Position numbers and translations under genes: made by a program. Positions 46,625 to 57,218 of a stretch of DNA of 64,000 bases are shown here, piece after piece. Source of the stretch: Escherichia coli. Lineage in GTDB: Bacteria; Pseudomonadota; Gammaproteobacteria; Enterobacterales; Enterobacteriaceae. How positions within the stretch are numbered: position 1 is the first letter of the stretch; each line of letters opens with the position of its first letter. The notes beneath the pieces were generated by a model, which was not told where the DNA came from, did not search any database, and saw only the letters and a list, made by a program, of their open reading frames with translations. Location: NCBI RefSeq assembly GCF_013122565.1, contig NZ_CP053258.1. One strand, written 5' to 3'.

Positions 46625-47493
46625 GGTTCGTCGTCTTCTTCTTGTTCAGCAGCTTGTTTTAATTTGCGGTATTCCCCGAGAGTGACAGTAATTTCCGCGC
46701 CAAGCAAGACGATACACCATGTCCAGTAGACCCAAACAAAGAGAATGGGGATCACCGCCAGCACGCCGTAAATGAGCTGATATGACGGGAACATGGTGAT
46801 ATAAAGCGCGAAACCTTTCTTTCCTGCTTCGAACAGGAGTGCAGCGACAAACGCGCCGACAATCGCGTCGCGGTTAGGTACGCGGATGGTTGGAACAATG
46901 CTGTACAGCAACCAGAAGGAGATCCACGACAACAGCAGCGGAAAAATACGCAGCACGTTGTCGATGACAGTATTGAGATCGCTCGCCCAGCGTAGGGAGA
47001 GCAAATAGGAACTGATCGCCAGACTGGCCCCTGCCAGCAGCGGCCCCAGCGTTAAAATCATCCAGTACACGGCAAACGAGTAAATTTTTGGTCGCGCTCG
47101 TTTACTGCGCCAGATGGTATTCAACGCGCTATCGATGGAGTACATCAACAATAACGCTGTGACGATCAGCCCGCACGCGCCAACGGCGGTCATCTTGTTG
47201 GAATTGGCGACAAATTGTTCGATATACCGCTGAATAACATCGCCAGTAGCAGGCAGAAAGTTGGCAAAAATAAAGTGACGCAACTGAATGCTGACGTCGG
47301 AAAACATGGGAAAAGCGGCGAAAAGCGCAAAAACAACGGCAACCAGCGGCACTAATGAGAGCAACGACACATAGGCAAGGTTACCTGCCAGGGTTGTCAT
47401 GTTGTCCTCATCAATGCGTTGCCAGAGTAGTTTTAGCCAGGCCCATAGTGGACGGGTACGGTGCCTGGCTTTGTCCTGAATGGTTTTTAGCAT
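46621..47493 (-). CDS. yihY: BrkB/YihY-family inner membrane protein
   Basis: 290-aa polytopic ORF; overlaps the dtd start. Confidence 0.9.
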
Positions 47494-48086
47494 AACACCT
47501 TCGCGAAATAGTCCGGGATGGTGGTTTTATCTTTCACCAGAATACTGGTAATGCCCAGCTGATTAGCTCCTTCTATATTATCGGCGTTATCGTCGAAAAA
47601 GACCGTATCGCTGGGTGAAAAACCCTCCGCCTGCAAAACATGCTGGTAAATTCGTGCTTCAGGTTTGCGCATCCCCAGATCTTGCGACAGATAGATATGG
47701 TCAGCAGCATCACGAATTTCCGGGTATTCTTCCGGCCAGAAGGTGGTATGCAGGCGGTTGGTATTGGAAAGCACCACCACGCGATGCCCCTGCTCACGCA
47801 GTTTATGCATGATGGCGATCACTTCCGGGCGCAGCGCAACAAACACAGCCTGCCAGCCGTGAGAGAACTGCTCGTAGCTTAGCGGTAGAGCCATCTCATG
47901 ACACAGCGCCTCAGCGAACGCTTCGTCGCTAATTTCCCCACGCTCATGCTGATGAAACGCCTCCCCCATATGAAAACTCTTCTTAAGCGATGCCAGCGGA
48001 ATACGCGTTAAATCGCTCCAGGTTCCCAGCACACGGTTAAAGTCGATATCGACAATCACATTACCTAAATCAAAGATATAGAGCAT
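47487..48086 (-). CDS. yihX: HAD-family alpha-D-glucose-1-phosphate phosphatase
   Basis: 199 aa from ATG 48084-48086 ([16 protein letters not shown]…; DxD HAD motif). Confidence 0.92.
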
Positions 48087-48184
48087 TTTTGCCTCCTTTC
48101 GCGCCACAAGAAATTAACTGTAGCGGGAAAGGATGGGTTTGGCTATGTGGCAAGGTATGAAGCCAGGTCAACGGTCACAAAAAT

Positions 48185-48970
48185 CTACGCGTCTTCTTGG
48201 GGAAGAATGATTTCAATTTGGCTGTCTTGTAAGCGTGATTTTAGCGCAGCGGGCGGCAGCTCGTCGGTAAAGAGCGCGGTGACCTGTGCAACGTTACCAA
48301 TTTCAACCGCCGCCGAAGCATGATACTTAGTGTGATCGGCGACCAGCAGGATATTTCTCGCGTGCGCCATCATCGTTTTCACCACGTTAGCTTCGTTAAC
48401 ATCAAACTCCATCAACGCGCCATCGCTCTCGATTGCGCCTACGCTTGTTACCAGATAATCAGCACGAAAATCGGCCACAAAGGACGCCGCTGAAGGGCCA
48501 ATGATCCCGCTATTATGAGAGCGCAACGTACCGCCGGGCACCATCACTTCAAAGCGCGGGTTGTGGTAAAGAATATGCGCCACACGCAGGCTGTTGGTGA
48601 TTATCCGCAAATGATTATGGTTAAGTAACGCCCGGGCAACATGCTCAACGGTCGTACCAATGGTGATAAATATTGTTGAACCATCAGGAATATAGTCTGC
48701 CACCGCTTCGGCAATCGCTTTTTTTTCCTCGGTTTGCGAAACCTCACGCTGCTCGAACGCCGTATTAACGACGCTGGAAGCCCGACCCGCGCCACCGTGA
48801 TGGCGCGTAATCAGGCCTTGCTCGCTTAATTTACGAATATCCCGGCGCACCGTCTGCGTGGAGACATCCAGCAGATTTGCCAGCTCATCAATATTCATAT
48901 ACCCACGCTCGGCGATCAGCATGAGGAGTTGGTCGTGCCGCGGGTTACCGGTTAGTTCGGTAAGGCTCAT
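48185..48970 (-). CDS. yihW: DeoR-family repressor of the sulfoquinovose operons (CsqR)
   Basis: 261 aa from ATG 48968-48970 (MSLTELTGNPRHDQLLMLIAERGYMNIDELANLLDVSTQTVRRDIRKL…). Confidence 0.88.
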   Translation of the reverse strand: MSLTELTGNPRHDQLLMLIAERGYMNIDELANLLDVSTQTVRRDIRKLSEQGLITRHHGGAGRASSVVNTAFEQREVSQTEEKKAIAEAVADYIPDGSTIFITIGTTVEHVARALLNHNHLRIITNSLRVAHILYHNPRFEVMVPGGTLRSHNSGIIGPSAASFVADFRADYLVTSVGAIESDGALMEFDVNEANVVKTMMAHARNILLVADHTKYHASAAVEIGNVAQVTALFTDELPPAALKSRLQDSQIEIILPQEDA

Positions 48971-49003
48971 GAAAATTCCTCGAAAAACCATCACCCTGGC
49001 ATT

Positions 49004-49900
49004 TTATACAAAAAGTGACAAAAAAGATCGGGTTTGATCACAGTCAGGGATCCCGGCTCGTCCACCGGGACGCGTGCATTTCAACGCCGCTACACCGCTG
49101 GCGAAGCGGACTGACTCCGCTAAATCCCCACCTGTTGCCAGCGCCACCGCCAATGCGCCGTGAAAAACATCACCCGCACCTGTGGTATCTACCACATCAA
49201 CTTTGAAGGCCGGTTGATGTTGACGCCCGCCATTTTCCAGCCAGTCGCAGCCTGCGCTGCCCTGGGTCACATAGACATGACCATTTGTGAGCGTTTGTGC
49301 CTGTTTTAGCGCACTGGCCATCTCTTTCACGCCCGTTAAGCGCGCCAGACCCGGTTCTGAAAAGGCCGCGTGATCGCTTAATGCCACCAGCTCGCTAATA
49401 TCCTGCGGCGTAATGTCCCCGTCCAGAACGGTCATCACGCCCGCCTGCCGGGCCAGGGTGAAGGCTTTTTTAGCACCCTCGTGCCAGCGTACATCTGCCA
49501 GCACAACATCCCACTGAGAGAAATCAATTTCCTCCAACCACTCTGCGTCAGGCAACAGGTCCGGGCTGGGGTAGTTAATGATTATCCGCTCGCCTTTGGC
49601 ATCCACCATGATGGCGGATTGCGAAGATTTCGCCTGGTTATACCGCTTAGTGTAACGGGTGTTAACGCCCCAGGATTCCAGCTCTGCCAGCAGGCTGTTG
49701 CCCGTGTCGTCATCACCTACGCGACCAATAAAATCGACCTGCGCCCCCAGCCTTGCTGCCGCAACCGCTGCCGTCGCCGCTGGCCCGCCACCAACTTCCT
49801 TATAATTTCTCGCCACGTATTTACCGCTCTCCGTCGGTAACCCTTCCACGTAATAGATGCGATCCATCACGGTTATACCTACACAAGCAACACGAATCAT
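49004..49900 (-). CDS. yihV: 6-deoxy-6-sulfofructose kinase (PfkB family)
   Basis: 298 aa from ATG 49898-49900 (MIRVACVGITVMDRIYYVEGLP…; C-terminal TGAGDVF motif). Confidence 0.9.
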   Translation of the reverse strand: MIRVACVGITVMDRIYYVEGLPTESGKYVARNYKEVGGGPAATAAVAAARLGAQVDFIGRVGDDDTGNSLLAELESWGVNTRYTKRYNQAKSSQSAIMVDAKGERIIINYPSPDLLPDAEWLEEIDFSQWDVVLADVRWHEGAKKAFTLARQAGVMTVLDGDITPQDISELVALSDHAAFSEPGLARLTGVKEMASALKQAQTLTNGHVYVTQGSAGCDWLENGGRQHQPAFKVDVVDTTGAGDVFHGALAVALATGGDLAESVRFASGVAALKCTRPGGRAGIPDCDQTRSFLSLFV

Positions 49901-49906
49901 GGTCAT

Positions 49907-50067
49907 TCCTTAAACATTTTGGGATGCGTTCATTTTAATTTCACCAATTGTTTAAAAAGTGACGGCTGTCAATTTTTTGACCATAAATTACAAATACGAT
50001 CAAAAACAGACAATCAAAGCGTGTCATAAATGACAAAAAGTGACATCACTGTATTCAGGAGAAGGTT
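49907..50067. promoter_or_regulatory. yihV/yihUTSR divergent promoter region with candidate CsqR operators
   Basis: palindromes tgtcataaatgaca (50012-50025) and gtgacatcac, repeated aaaaagtgac; CsqR is known to repress here but its site is assigned by inference only. Confidence 0.4.
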
Positions 50068-50964
50068 ATGGCAGCAATCGCGTTTATCGGTTTAGGACAA
50101 ATGGGTTCGCCAATGGCGAGCAATTTATTGCAGCAAGGGCACCAACTTCGCGTCTTTGATGTGAATGCCGAGGCTGTGCGGCATCTGGTAGACAAAGGCG
50201 CGACTCCCGCCGCCAATCCGGCGCAGGCCGCAAAAGATGCCGAATTTATCATTACCATGTTGCCGAATGGCGATCTGGTGCGCAGCGTGTTGTTCGGTGA
50301 AAACGGCGTTTGCGAAAGCTTATCTACCGATGCGCTGGTCATTGATATGTCGACCATCCATCCGCTGCAAACCGATAAATTGATTGCCGATATGCAAGCC
50401 AAAGGCTTCAGCATGATGGATGTTCCGGTAGGCCGTACTTCTGCAAATGCCATTACCGGTACTCTGTTACTGCTGGCTGGCGGCACCGCTGAACAAGTTG
50501 AACGTGCCACGCCGATCCTGATGGCGATGGGCAGTGAGTTGATCAACGCGGGCGGTCCGGGCATGGGGATCCGCGTTAAGCTCATCAACAACTATATGAG
50601 TATCGCGCTCAATGCGCTTTCGGCAGAAGCTGCCGTTTTGTGCGAAGCCCTGAATCTTCCTTTCGATGTTGCCGTCAAGGTGATGAGCGGCACCGCCGCC
50701 GGTAAAGGCCACTTCACCACTTCCTGGCCGAATAAAGTCCTCAGCGGGGATCTTTCTCCCGCCTTCATGATCGATCTTGCCCATAAGGATCTTGGCATCG
50801 CCCTTGATGTCGCCAACCAGCTGCATGTGCCAATGCCGCTGGGGGCCGCCTCGCGGGAGGTTTATAGCCAGGCGCGCGCAGCGGGTCGCGGTCGCCAGGA
50901 CTGGTCCGCCATTCTGGAACAGGTCCGTGTCAGTGCCGGGATGACTGCCAAAGTAAAAATGTAA
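50068..50964 (+). CDS. yihU: 3-sulfolactaldehyde reductase
   Basis: 298-aa ORF with Rossmann motif AFIGLGQMG. Confidence 0.93.
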   Translation: MAAIAFIGLGQMGSPMASNLLQQGHQLRVFDVNAEAVRHLVDKGATPAANPAQAAKDAEFIITMLPNGDLVRSVLFGENGVCESLSTDALVIDMSTIHPLQTDKLIADMQAKGFSMMDVPVGRTSANAITGTLLLLAGGTAEQVERATPILMAMGSELINAGGPGMGIRVKLINNYMSIALNALSAEAAVLCEALNLPFDVAVKVMSGTAAGKGHFTTSWPNKVLSGDLSPAFMIDLAHKDLGIALDVANQLHVPMPLGAASREVYSQARAAGRGRQDWSAILEQVRVSAGMTAKVKM

Positions 50965-50987
50965 CGACTGGATAAAGGAATAAATGA

Positions 50988-51866
50988 ATGAATAAGTACA
51001 CCATCAACGACATTACGCGCGCATCGGGCGGTTTTGCCATGCTGGCGGTCGATCAGCGCGAAGCCATGCGTATGATGTTTGCCGCGGCAGGGGCACCCGC
51101 TCCGGTAGCCGATAGCGTTTTAACTGATTTCAAAGTTAACGCGGCGAAGACCCTCTCGCCTTATGCCTCGGCGATTCTGGTAGATCAACAATTCTGTTAC
51201 CGCCAGGTGGTTGAGCAAAACGCGATTGCCAAAAGTTGCGCCATGATTGTCGCCGCCGATGAGTTCATTCCTGGCAACGGTATTCCGGTAGATAGCGTGG
51301 TCATTGACCGCAAAATCAATCCGCTACAGATCAAACAAGACGGTGGCAAAGCCTTAAAACTGCTGGTGCTGTGGCGTAGTGATGAAGATGCGCAGCAACG
51401 CCTGGATATGGTGAAAGAGTTTAACGAACTGTGCCACTCACACGGCCTGGTAAGCATTATTGAGCCAGTCGTCCGCCCACCACGTCGTGGCGATAAATTC
51501 GATCGCGAACAAGCGATCATCGATGCTGCCAAAGAGCTGGGCGACAGTGGCGCAGACCTCTACAAAGTTGAAATGCCGCTTTACGGTAAAGGTCCGCAAC
51601 AAGAGCTTCTCAGTGCTTCACAACGTCTGAATGACCATATCAATATGCCGTGGGTGATCCTCTCTTCCGGTGTCGACGAAAAACTGTTCCCGCGTGCCGT
51701 ACGCGTGGCAATGACAGCGGGTGCATCGGGCTTCCTGGCTGGTCGTGCCGTCTGGGCATCGATCGTCGGTTTACCAGACAACGAGCTGATGCTGCGTGAC
51801 GTTTGCGCACCGAAATTACAACAACTTGGCGATATCGTCGACGAAATGATGGCTAAACGCCGCTAA
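50988..51866 (+). CDS. yihT: 6-deoxy-6-sulfofructose-1-phosphate aldolase
   Basis: 292-aa ORF; synteny within the sulfoquinovose cluster. Confidence 0.93.
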   Translation: MNKYTINDITRASGGFAMLAVDQREAMRMMFAAAGAPAPVADSVLTDFKVNAAKTLSPYASAILVDQQFCYRQVVEQNAIAKSCAMIVAADEFIPGNGIPVDSVVIDRKINPLQIKQDGGKALKLLVLWRSDEDAQQRLDMVKEFNELCHSHGLVSIIEPVVRPPRRGDKFDREQAIIDAAKELGDSGADLYKVEMPLYGKGPQQELLSASQRLNDHINMPWVILSSGVDEKLFPRAVRVAMTAGASGFLAGRAVWASIVGLPDNELMLRDVCAPKLQQLGDIVDEMMAKRR

Positions 51867-51881
51867 GATGGGGATACAAAA

Positions 51882-53123
51882 ATGAAATGGTTTAACACCT
51901 TAAGTCACAACCGTTGGCTGGAACAGGAAACCGATCGCATCTTTGATTTTGGTAAAAATTCCGTAGTACCGACCGGATTTGGCTGGTTAGGCAATAAAGG
52001 GCAAATCAAAGAAGAGATGGGCACCCATCTGTGGATCACCGCTCGTATGTTGCACGTTTATTCCGTTGCTGCGGCGATGGGTCGCCCTGGCGCTTACGCG
52101 CTGGTTGATCACGGTATCAAAGCCATGAACGGCGCACTGCGCGATAAAAAATATGGCGGCTGGTATGCCTGTGTGAATGACGAGGGCGTGGTGGATGCCT
52201 CCAAACAAGGCTATCAACACTTCTTTGCTCTGCTGGGTGCCGCCAGCGCCGTCACTACCGGTCACCCGGAAGCACGCAAGCTGCTCGATTACACCATTGA
52301 AATTATTGAAAAATATTTCTGGAGTGAAGAAGAGCAGATGTGCCTGGAGTCGTGGGACGAAGCCTTCAGCAAAACCGAAGAGTACCGCGGCGGCAATGCC
52401 AATATGCACGCGGTGGAAGCCTTCCTGATTGTTTATGACGTAACGCATGACAAAAAATGGCTGGATCGCGCGATTCGCGTGGCTTCTGTGATTATCCACG
52501 ACGTCGCCAGAAATAATCATTATCGCGTTAACGAGCACTTCGATACCCAGTGGAATCCGCTGCCGGATTACAACAAAGATAACCCTGCTCACCGTTTCCG
52601 CGCATTCGGAGGTACTCCGGGCCACTGGATCGAATGGGGCCGTTTAATGCTGCATATCCACGCGGCCCTGGAAGCCCGTTGCGAACAACCGCCAGCATGG
52701 CTGCTAGAAGATGCCAAAGGTCTGTTTAACGCCACCGTGCGTGATGCCTGGGCACCCGATGGTGCGGACGGGATTGTTTATACCGTTGACTGGGAAGGAA
52801 AACCGGTGGTCCGCGAACGTGTGCGTTGGCCTATCGTCGAAGCGATGGGTACGGCCTACGCGCTCTACACCGTCACCGGCGATCGCCAGTACGAAACCTG
52901 GTATCAGACATGGTGGGACTACTGCATTAAGTACCTGATGGACTATGAAAATGGTTCCTGGTGGCAGGAGCTGGATGCGGACAATAAAGTCACCACGAAA
53001 GTCTGGGACGGCAAACAGGATATTTATCACCTGCTGCATTGCCTGGTGATCCCGCGTATCCCGTTAGCACCAGGCCTGGCTCCGGCGGTTGCAGCGGGTC
53101 TGCTGGATATTAACGCGAAATAA
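51882..53123 (+). CDS. yihS: sulfoquinovose isomerase
   Basis: 413-aa ORF; synteny. Confidence 0.93.
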   Translation: MKWFNTLSHNRWLEQETDRIFDFGKNSVVPTGFGWLGNKGQIKEEMGTHLWITARMLHVYSVAAAMGRPGAYALVDHGIKAMNGALRDKKYGGWYACVNDEGVVDASKQGYQHFFALLGAASAVTTGHPEARKLLDYTIEIIEKYFWSEEEQMCLESWDEAFSKTEEYRGGNANMHAVEAFLIVYDVTHDKKWLDRAIRVASVIIHDVARNNHYRVNEHFDTQWNPLPDYNKDNPAHRFRAFGGTPGHWIEWGRLMLHIHAALEARCEQPPAWLLEDAKGLFNATVRDAWAPDGADGIVYTVDWEGKPVVRERVRWPIVEAMGTAYALYTVTGDRQYETWYQTWWDYCIKYLMDYENGSWWQELDADNKVTTKVWDGKQDIYHLLHCLVIPRIPLAPGLAPAVAAGLLDINAK

Positions 53124-53189
53124 CTGACTAAAAAAACGACATATCAGGCTGCACGCCGGGTATGTCGTTATTCAATAAAGGTACCTCGT

Positions 53190-54092
53190 ATGCAAATCAC
53201 CAACATGCATTGCAGTGGACAGACCGTTTCACTTGCCGCGGGGGATTATCACGCGACCATTGTGACCGTCGGTGCAGGTCTGGCTGAATTAACCTTTCAG
53301 GGCTGTCATTTAGTTATTCCGCATAAGCCCGAAGAGATGCCACTGGCACATCTGGGCAAAGTCCTTATTCCGTGGCCGAACCGGATCGCCAACGGCTGTT
53401 ACCGCTATCAGGGGCAGGATTATCAGTTACCCATTAATGAACATGGTTCAAAAGCCGCTATTCATGGGCTGCTCGCCTGGCGTGACTGGCAAATCAGCGA
53501 ATTAACCGCCACCAGCGTTACCCTGACAGCTTTTCTGCCGCCCAGTTACGGCTATCCGTTTATGCTGGCTTCGCAGGTTGTTTATTCGCTCAATGCACGC
53601 ACGGGTCTTTCCGTTGAGATCGCAAGCCAGAATATTGGTACTGTGACCGCACCCTATGGTGTGGGTATTCATCCTTATTTAACCTGCAACTTAACGCCTG
53701 TTGATGACTATGTATTCCAGCTTCCGGCAAACCAGGTTTATGCCGTCGATGAGCACGCGAATCCGACAACGCTTCACCACGTTGATGAGCTGGATTTAAA
53801 TTTCACGCAGGCGAAAAAAATAGCCGCGACAAAAATCGACCACACCTTTAAAACCGCGAATGATCTGTGGGAAATGACCATTACCCATCCAGAGCAAGCG
53901 CTTTCGGTAAGCCTTTGTTCCGATCAACCCTGGGTGCAGGTTTATAGCGGCGAAAAATTACAGCGTCAGGGACTGGCAGTTGAACCTATGAGTTGCCCAC
54001 CTAACGCCTTTAATTCAGGTCTCGACTTATTATTACTGGAACCAGGGAAAACGCACCGCCTGTTTTTTAATATTTACGGGCAGCACAATTAA
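53190..54092 (+). CDS. yihR: aldose-1-epimerase family protein (sulfoquinovose mutarotase)
   Basis: 300-aa ORF; synteny. Confidence 0.88.
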   Translation: MQITNMHCSGQTVSLAAGDYHATIVTVGAGLAELTFQGCHLVIPHKPEEMPLAHLGKVLIPWPNRIANGCYRYQGQDYQLPINEHGSKAAIHGLLAWRDWQISELTATSVTLTAFLPPSYGYPFMLASQVVYSLNARTGLSVEIASQNIGTVTAPYGVGIHPYLTCNLTPVDDYVFQLPANQVYAVDEHANPTTLHHVDELDLNFTQAKKIAATKIDHTFKTANDLWEMTITHPEQALSVSLCSDQPWVQVYSGEKLQRQGLAVEPMSCPPNAFNSGLDLLLLEPGKTHRLFFNIYGQHN

Positions 54093-54152
54093 TTTTATTA
54101 AGAAAAGAACGAGATCATTGTTTAGAGTTGTATTTACGCAACAGGAAATATC

Positions 54153-55028
54153 ATGGACTTTTTTACGTTATTTTCACCGGATGGGGTCATGCTGGAAACA
54201 AACGTGGTATGTATCGTTATCGCGTTAATGTTTCTTTATACCTTTGTGGGGATATGCGCGGGATTTGGCGGTGGTTTAACCACTATGCCGCTCGTCACGT
54301 TAATGCTCCCCGTAAAAATGGCAACTCCGCTCTCGGTGATTGTCGGCACCGCGACCGCCTTGTACGCCACCTGGCTGTCACGTAAAGAAACGGATTGGCG
54401 ATCGGCAATGGTACTGATTATTTTCTCGTTTCTGGGAATACCCGTCGGTTTATATGCGCTGTCATATTTACCCGACCATTTTATGAAAGTGGGCTTAGGC
54501 GGATTCCTTATCCTCTACTCGTTTTATAGTATGTTTATTCCACGCCTGCCGATTTATGACCGCAACTGGATCGCCGCACCTATAGGCGCAGTAGCTGGCG
54601 CATTAGGCGCGGCGTTCTCAACCAACGGACCGCCGATGGTTATCTACGGTATGCTGCGTAACTTAGGCCCGGCGGCATTTCGCGGCACTCTGAACGCTTT
54701 CTTCACCGCAAACAACATCGCGGTGATCGGCGGACTGGCGACCAGCGGAATTTTGACTGTTTCTATCTTTAAACTGGTGCTGTTTTGTATTCCCACCATG
54801 ATCCTCGGTTCACTGGTTGGACAATATGTGCATAAACGCATTTCAGTCAAAGTGTTCCGTGTGATGGTCTTTTTGTTGCTGATTGCCTCCGGTTCTATGT
54901 TGATAAAAGGCGCGCTGGGAATTCCCGCTGCTGCCGCGCTTCTGCCTCCTTTTACCTTGTTAGTTATACTGCAACTGGCATTTGGTAAAAAAGTGGCGGC
55001 AATCCGCCGGGCTGAAGAAAGTAAATAA
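54153..55028 (+). CDS. TauE/SafE-family anion (sulfite/sulfonate) exporter
   Basis: 291-aa polytopic ORF with glycine-rich N-terminal helix (GICAGFGGGLTTMPLV) and an internal duplicated 4-TM architecture; I recall yihR and yihQ as adjacent in K-12. Confidence 0.8.
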   Translation: MDFFTLFSPDGVMLETNVVCIVIALMFLYTFVGICAGFGGGLTTMPLVTLMLPVKMATPLSVIVGTATALYATWLSRKETDWRSAMVLIIFSFLGIPVGLYALSYLPDHFMKVGLGGFLILYSFYSMFIPRLPIYDRNWIAAPIGAVAGALGAAFSTNGPPMVIYGMLRNLGPAAFRGTLNAFFTANNIAVIGGLATSGILTVSIFKLVLFCIPTMILGSLVGQYVHKRISVKVFRVMVFLLLIASGSMLIKGALGIPAAAALLPPFTLLVILQLAFGKKVAAIRRAEESK

Positions 55029-55136
55029 TCACTTATGCGGGTTTTAATTTATACCAGCACCACATTCTTTAATTAATGAAACCTGTAACAACAGGATGGC
55101 ATGAAATATTAGCTTTATACTCTATGGAGATTATTT

Positions 55137-57173
55137 ATGGATACGCCACGCCCACAATTACCAGATTTTCAGTTTCATCAGAATAACGACAGTTTTACCC
55201 TACATTTTCAACAGCGTCTTATTTTAACCCATAGCAAAGATAATCCTTGTTTATGGATTGGTTCAGGTATTGCGGATATCGATATGTTCCGCGGCAATTT
55301 CAGCATTAAAGATAAACTACAGGAGAAAATTGCGCTTACCGACGCCATCGTCAGCCAGTCACCGGATGGTTGGTTAATCCATTTCAGCCGTGGTTCTGAC
55401 ATTAGCGCCACGCTGAATATCTCTGCCGACGATCAGGGCCGTTTATTGCTGGAACTACAAAACGACAACCTTAACCACAACCGTATCTGGCTGCGCCTTG
55501 CCGCTCAACCAGAGGACCATATCTACGGCTGCGGCGAACAGTTTTCCTACTTCGATCTGCGCGGCAAACCGTTCCCGCTATGGACCAGTGAACAAGGCGT
55601 TGGTCGCAACAAACAAACCTATGTCACCTGGCAGGCCGACTGCAAAGAAAATGCGGGCGGCGACTATTACTGGACTTTCTTCCCACAGCCTACGTTTGTC
55701 AGCACGCAGAAGTATTACTGCCATGTTAATAACAGTTGCTACATGAACTTCGACTTTAGCGCCCCGGAATACCATGAACTGGCGCTGTGGGAAGACAAAG
55801 CTACGCTACGTTTTGAATGTGCTGACACATACATCTCCCTGCTGGAAAAATTAACTGCCCTGCTGGGACGCCAGCCAGAACTGCCCGACTGGATTTATGA
55901 CGGGGTAACGTTCGGCATTCAGGGCGGGACGGAAGTGTGCCAGAAGAAACTGGACACCATGCGTAACGCGGGCGTGAAAGTCAACGGCATCTGGGCGCAG
56001 GACTGGTCCGGGATCCGTATGACCTCTTTTGGCAAGCGCGTAATGTGGAACTGGAAGTGGAACAGCGAAAACTACCCGCAACTGGATTCACGCATTAAGC
56101 AGTGGAATCAGGAGGGCGTGCAGTTCCTGGCCTATATCAACCCGTATGTAGCCAGCGATAAAGATCTCTGCGAAGAGGCGGCAAAGCGCGGTTATCTGGC
56201 AAAAGATGCCTCTGGCGGTGACTATCTGGTGGAGTTTGGCGAGTTTTACGGCGGCGTTGTCGATCTCACTAATCCGGAAGCCTACGCCTGGTTCAAGGAA
56301 GTTATCAAAAAGAACATGATTGAACTCGGCTGCGGCGGCTGGATGGCTGACTTCGGCGAGTATCTGCCCACCGACACTTACCTGCATAACGGCGTCAGCG
56401 CGGAAATTATGCATAACGCCTGGCCTGCGCTGTGGGCGAAGTGTAACTACGAAGCCCTTGAAGAAACGGGCAAGCTCGGCGAGATCCTTTTCTTTATGCG
56501 CGCCGGTTCTACCGGTAGCCAGAAATACTCCACCATGATGTGGGCGGGCGACCAGAACGTCGACTGGAGTCTCGACGATGGCCTGGCGTCGGTTGTCCCG
56601 GCGGCGCTGTCGCTGGCAATGACCGGACATGGCCTGCATCACAGCGACATTGGCGGTTACACCACCCTGTTTGAGATGAAGCGCAGCAAAGAGCTGCTGC
56701 TGCGCTGGTGCGATTTCAGCGCCTTCACGCCGATGATGCGCACCCACGAAGGTAACCGTCCGGGCGACAACTGGCAGTTTGACGGCGACGCGGAAACTAT
56801 CGCCCATTTCGCCCGTATGACCACCGTCTTCACCACCCTGAAACCTTACCTGAAAGAGGCCGTCGCGCTGAATGCGAAGTCTGGCCTACCGGTTATGCGC
56901 CCGCTGTTCCTTCATTACGAAGACGATGCGCACACTTACACCCTGAAATATCAGTACCTGTTAGGTCGCGACATTCTGGTCGCTCCGGTGCATGAAGAAG
57001 GCCGTAGCGACTGGACGCTCTATCTACCGGAGGATAACTGGGTCCACGCCTGGACGGGTGAAGCGTTCCGGGGCGGGGAAGTTACCGTTAATGCGCCCAT
57101 CGGCAAGCCGCCGGTCTTTTATCGCGCCGATAGCGAATGGGCGGCACTGTTCGCGTCGTTAAAAAGCATCTAA
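55137..57173 (+). CDS. yihQ: sulfoquinovosidase (GH31)
   Basis: 678-aa ORF; GH31-like WAQDWSG / GGWMADFGE motifs. Confidence 0.93.
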   Translation: MDTPRPQLPDFQFHQNNDSFTLHFQQRLILTHSKDNPCLWIGSGIADIDMFRGNFSIKDKLQEKIALTDAIVSQSPDGWLIHFSRGSDISATLNISADDQGRLLLELQNDNLNHNRIWLRLAAQPEDHIYGCGEQFSYFDLRGKPFPLWTSEQGVGRNKQTYVTWQADCKENAGGDYYWTFFPQPTFVSTQKYYCHVNNSCYMNFDFSAPEYHELALWEDKATLRFECADTYISLLEKLTALLGRQPELPDWIYDGVTFGIQGGTEVCQKKLDTMRNAGVKVNGIWAQDWSGIRMTSFGKRVMWNWKWNSENYPQLDSRIKQWNQEGVQFLAYINPYVASDKDLCEEAAKRGYLAKDASGGDYLVEFGEFYGGVVDLTNPEAYAWFKEVIKKNMIELGCGGWMADFGEYLPTDTYLHNGVSAEIMHNAWPALWAKCNYEALEETGKLGEILFFMRAGSTGSQKYSTMMWAGDQNVDWSLDDGLASVVPAALSLAMTGHGLHHSDIGGYTTLFEMKRSKELLLRWCDFSAFTPMMRTHEGNRPGDNWQFDGDAETIAHFARMTTVFTTLKPYLKEAVALNAKSGLPVMRPLFLHYEDDAHTYTLKYQYLLGRDILVAPVHEEGRSDWTLYLPEDNWVHAWTGEAFRGGEVTVNAPIGKPPVFYRADSEWAALFASLKSI

Positions 57174-57218
57174 TCACATCCGCCCGTGGGGAAACTCACG
57201 GGCAAAGGGAGAACAACG

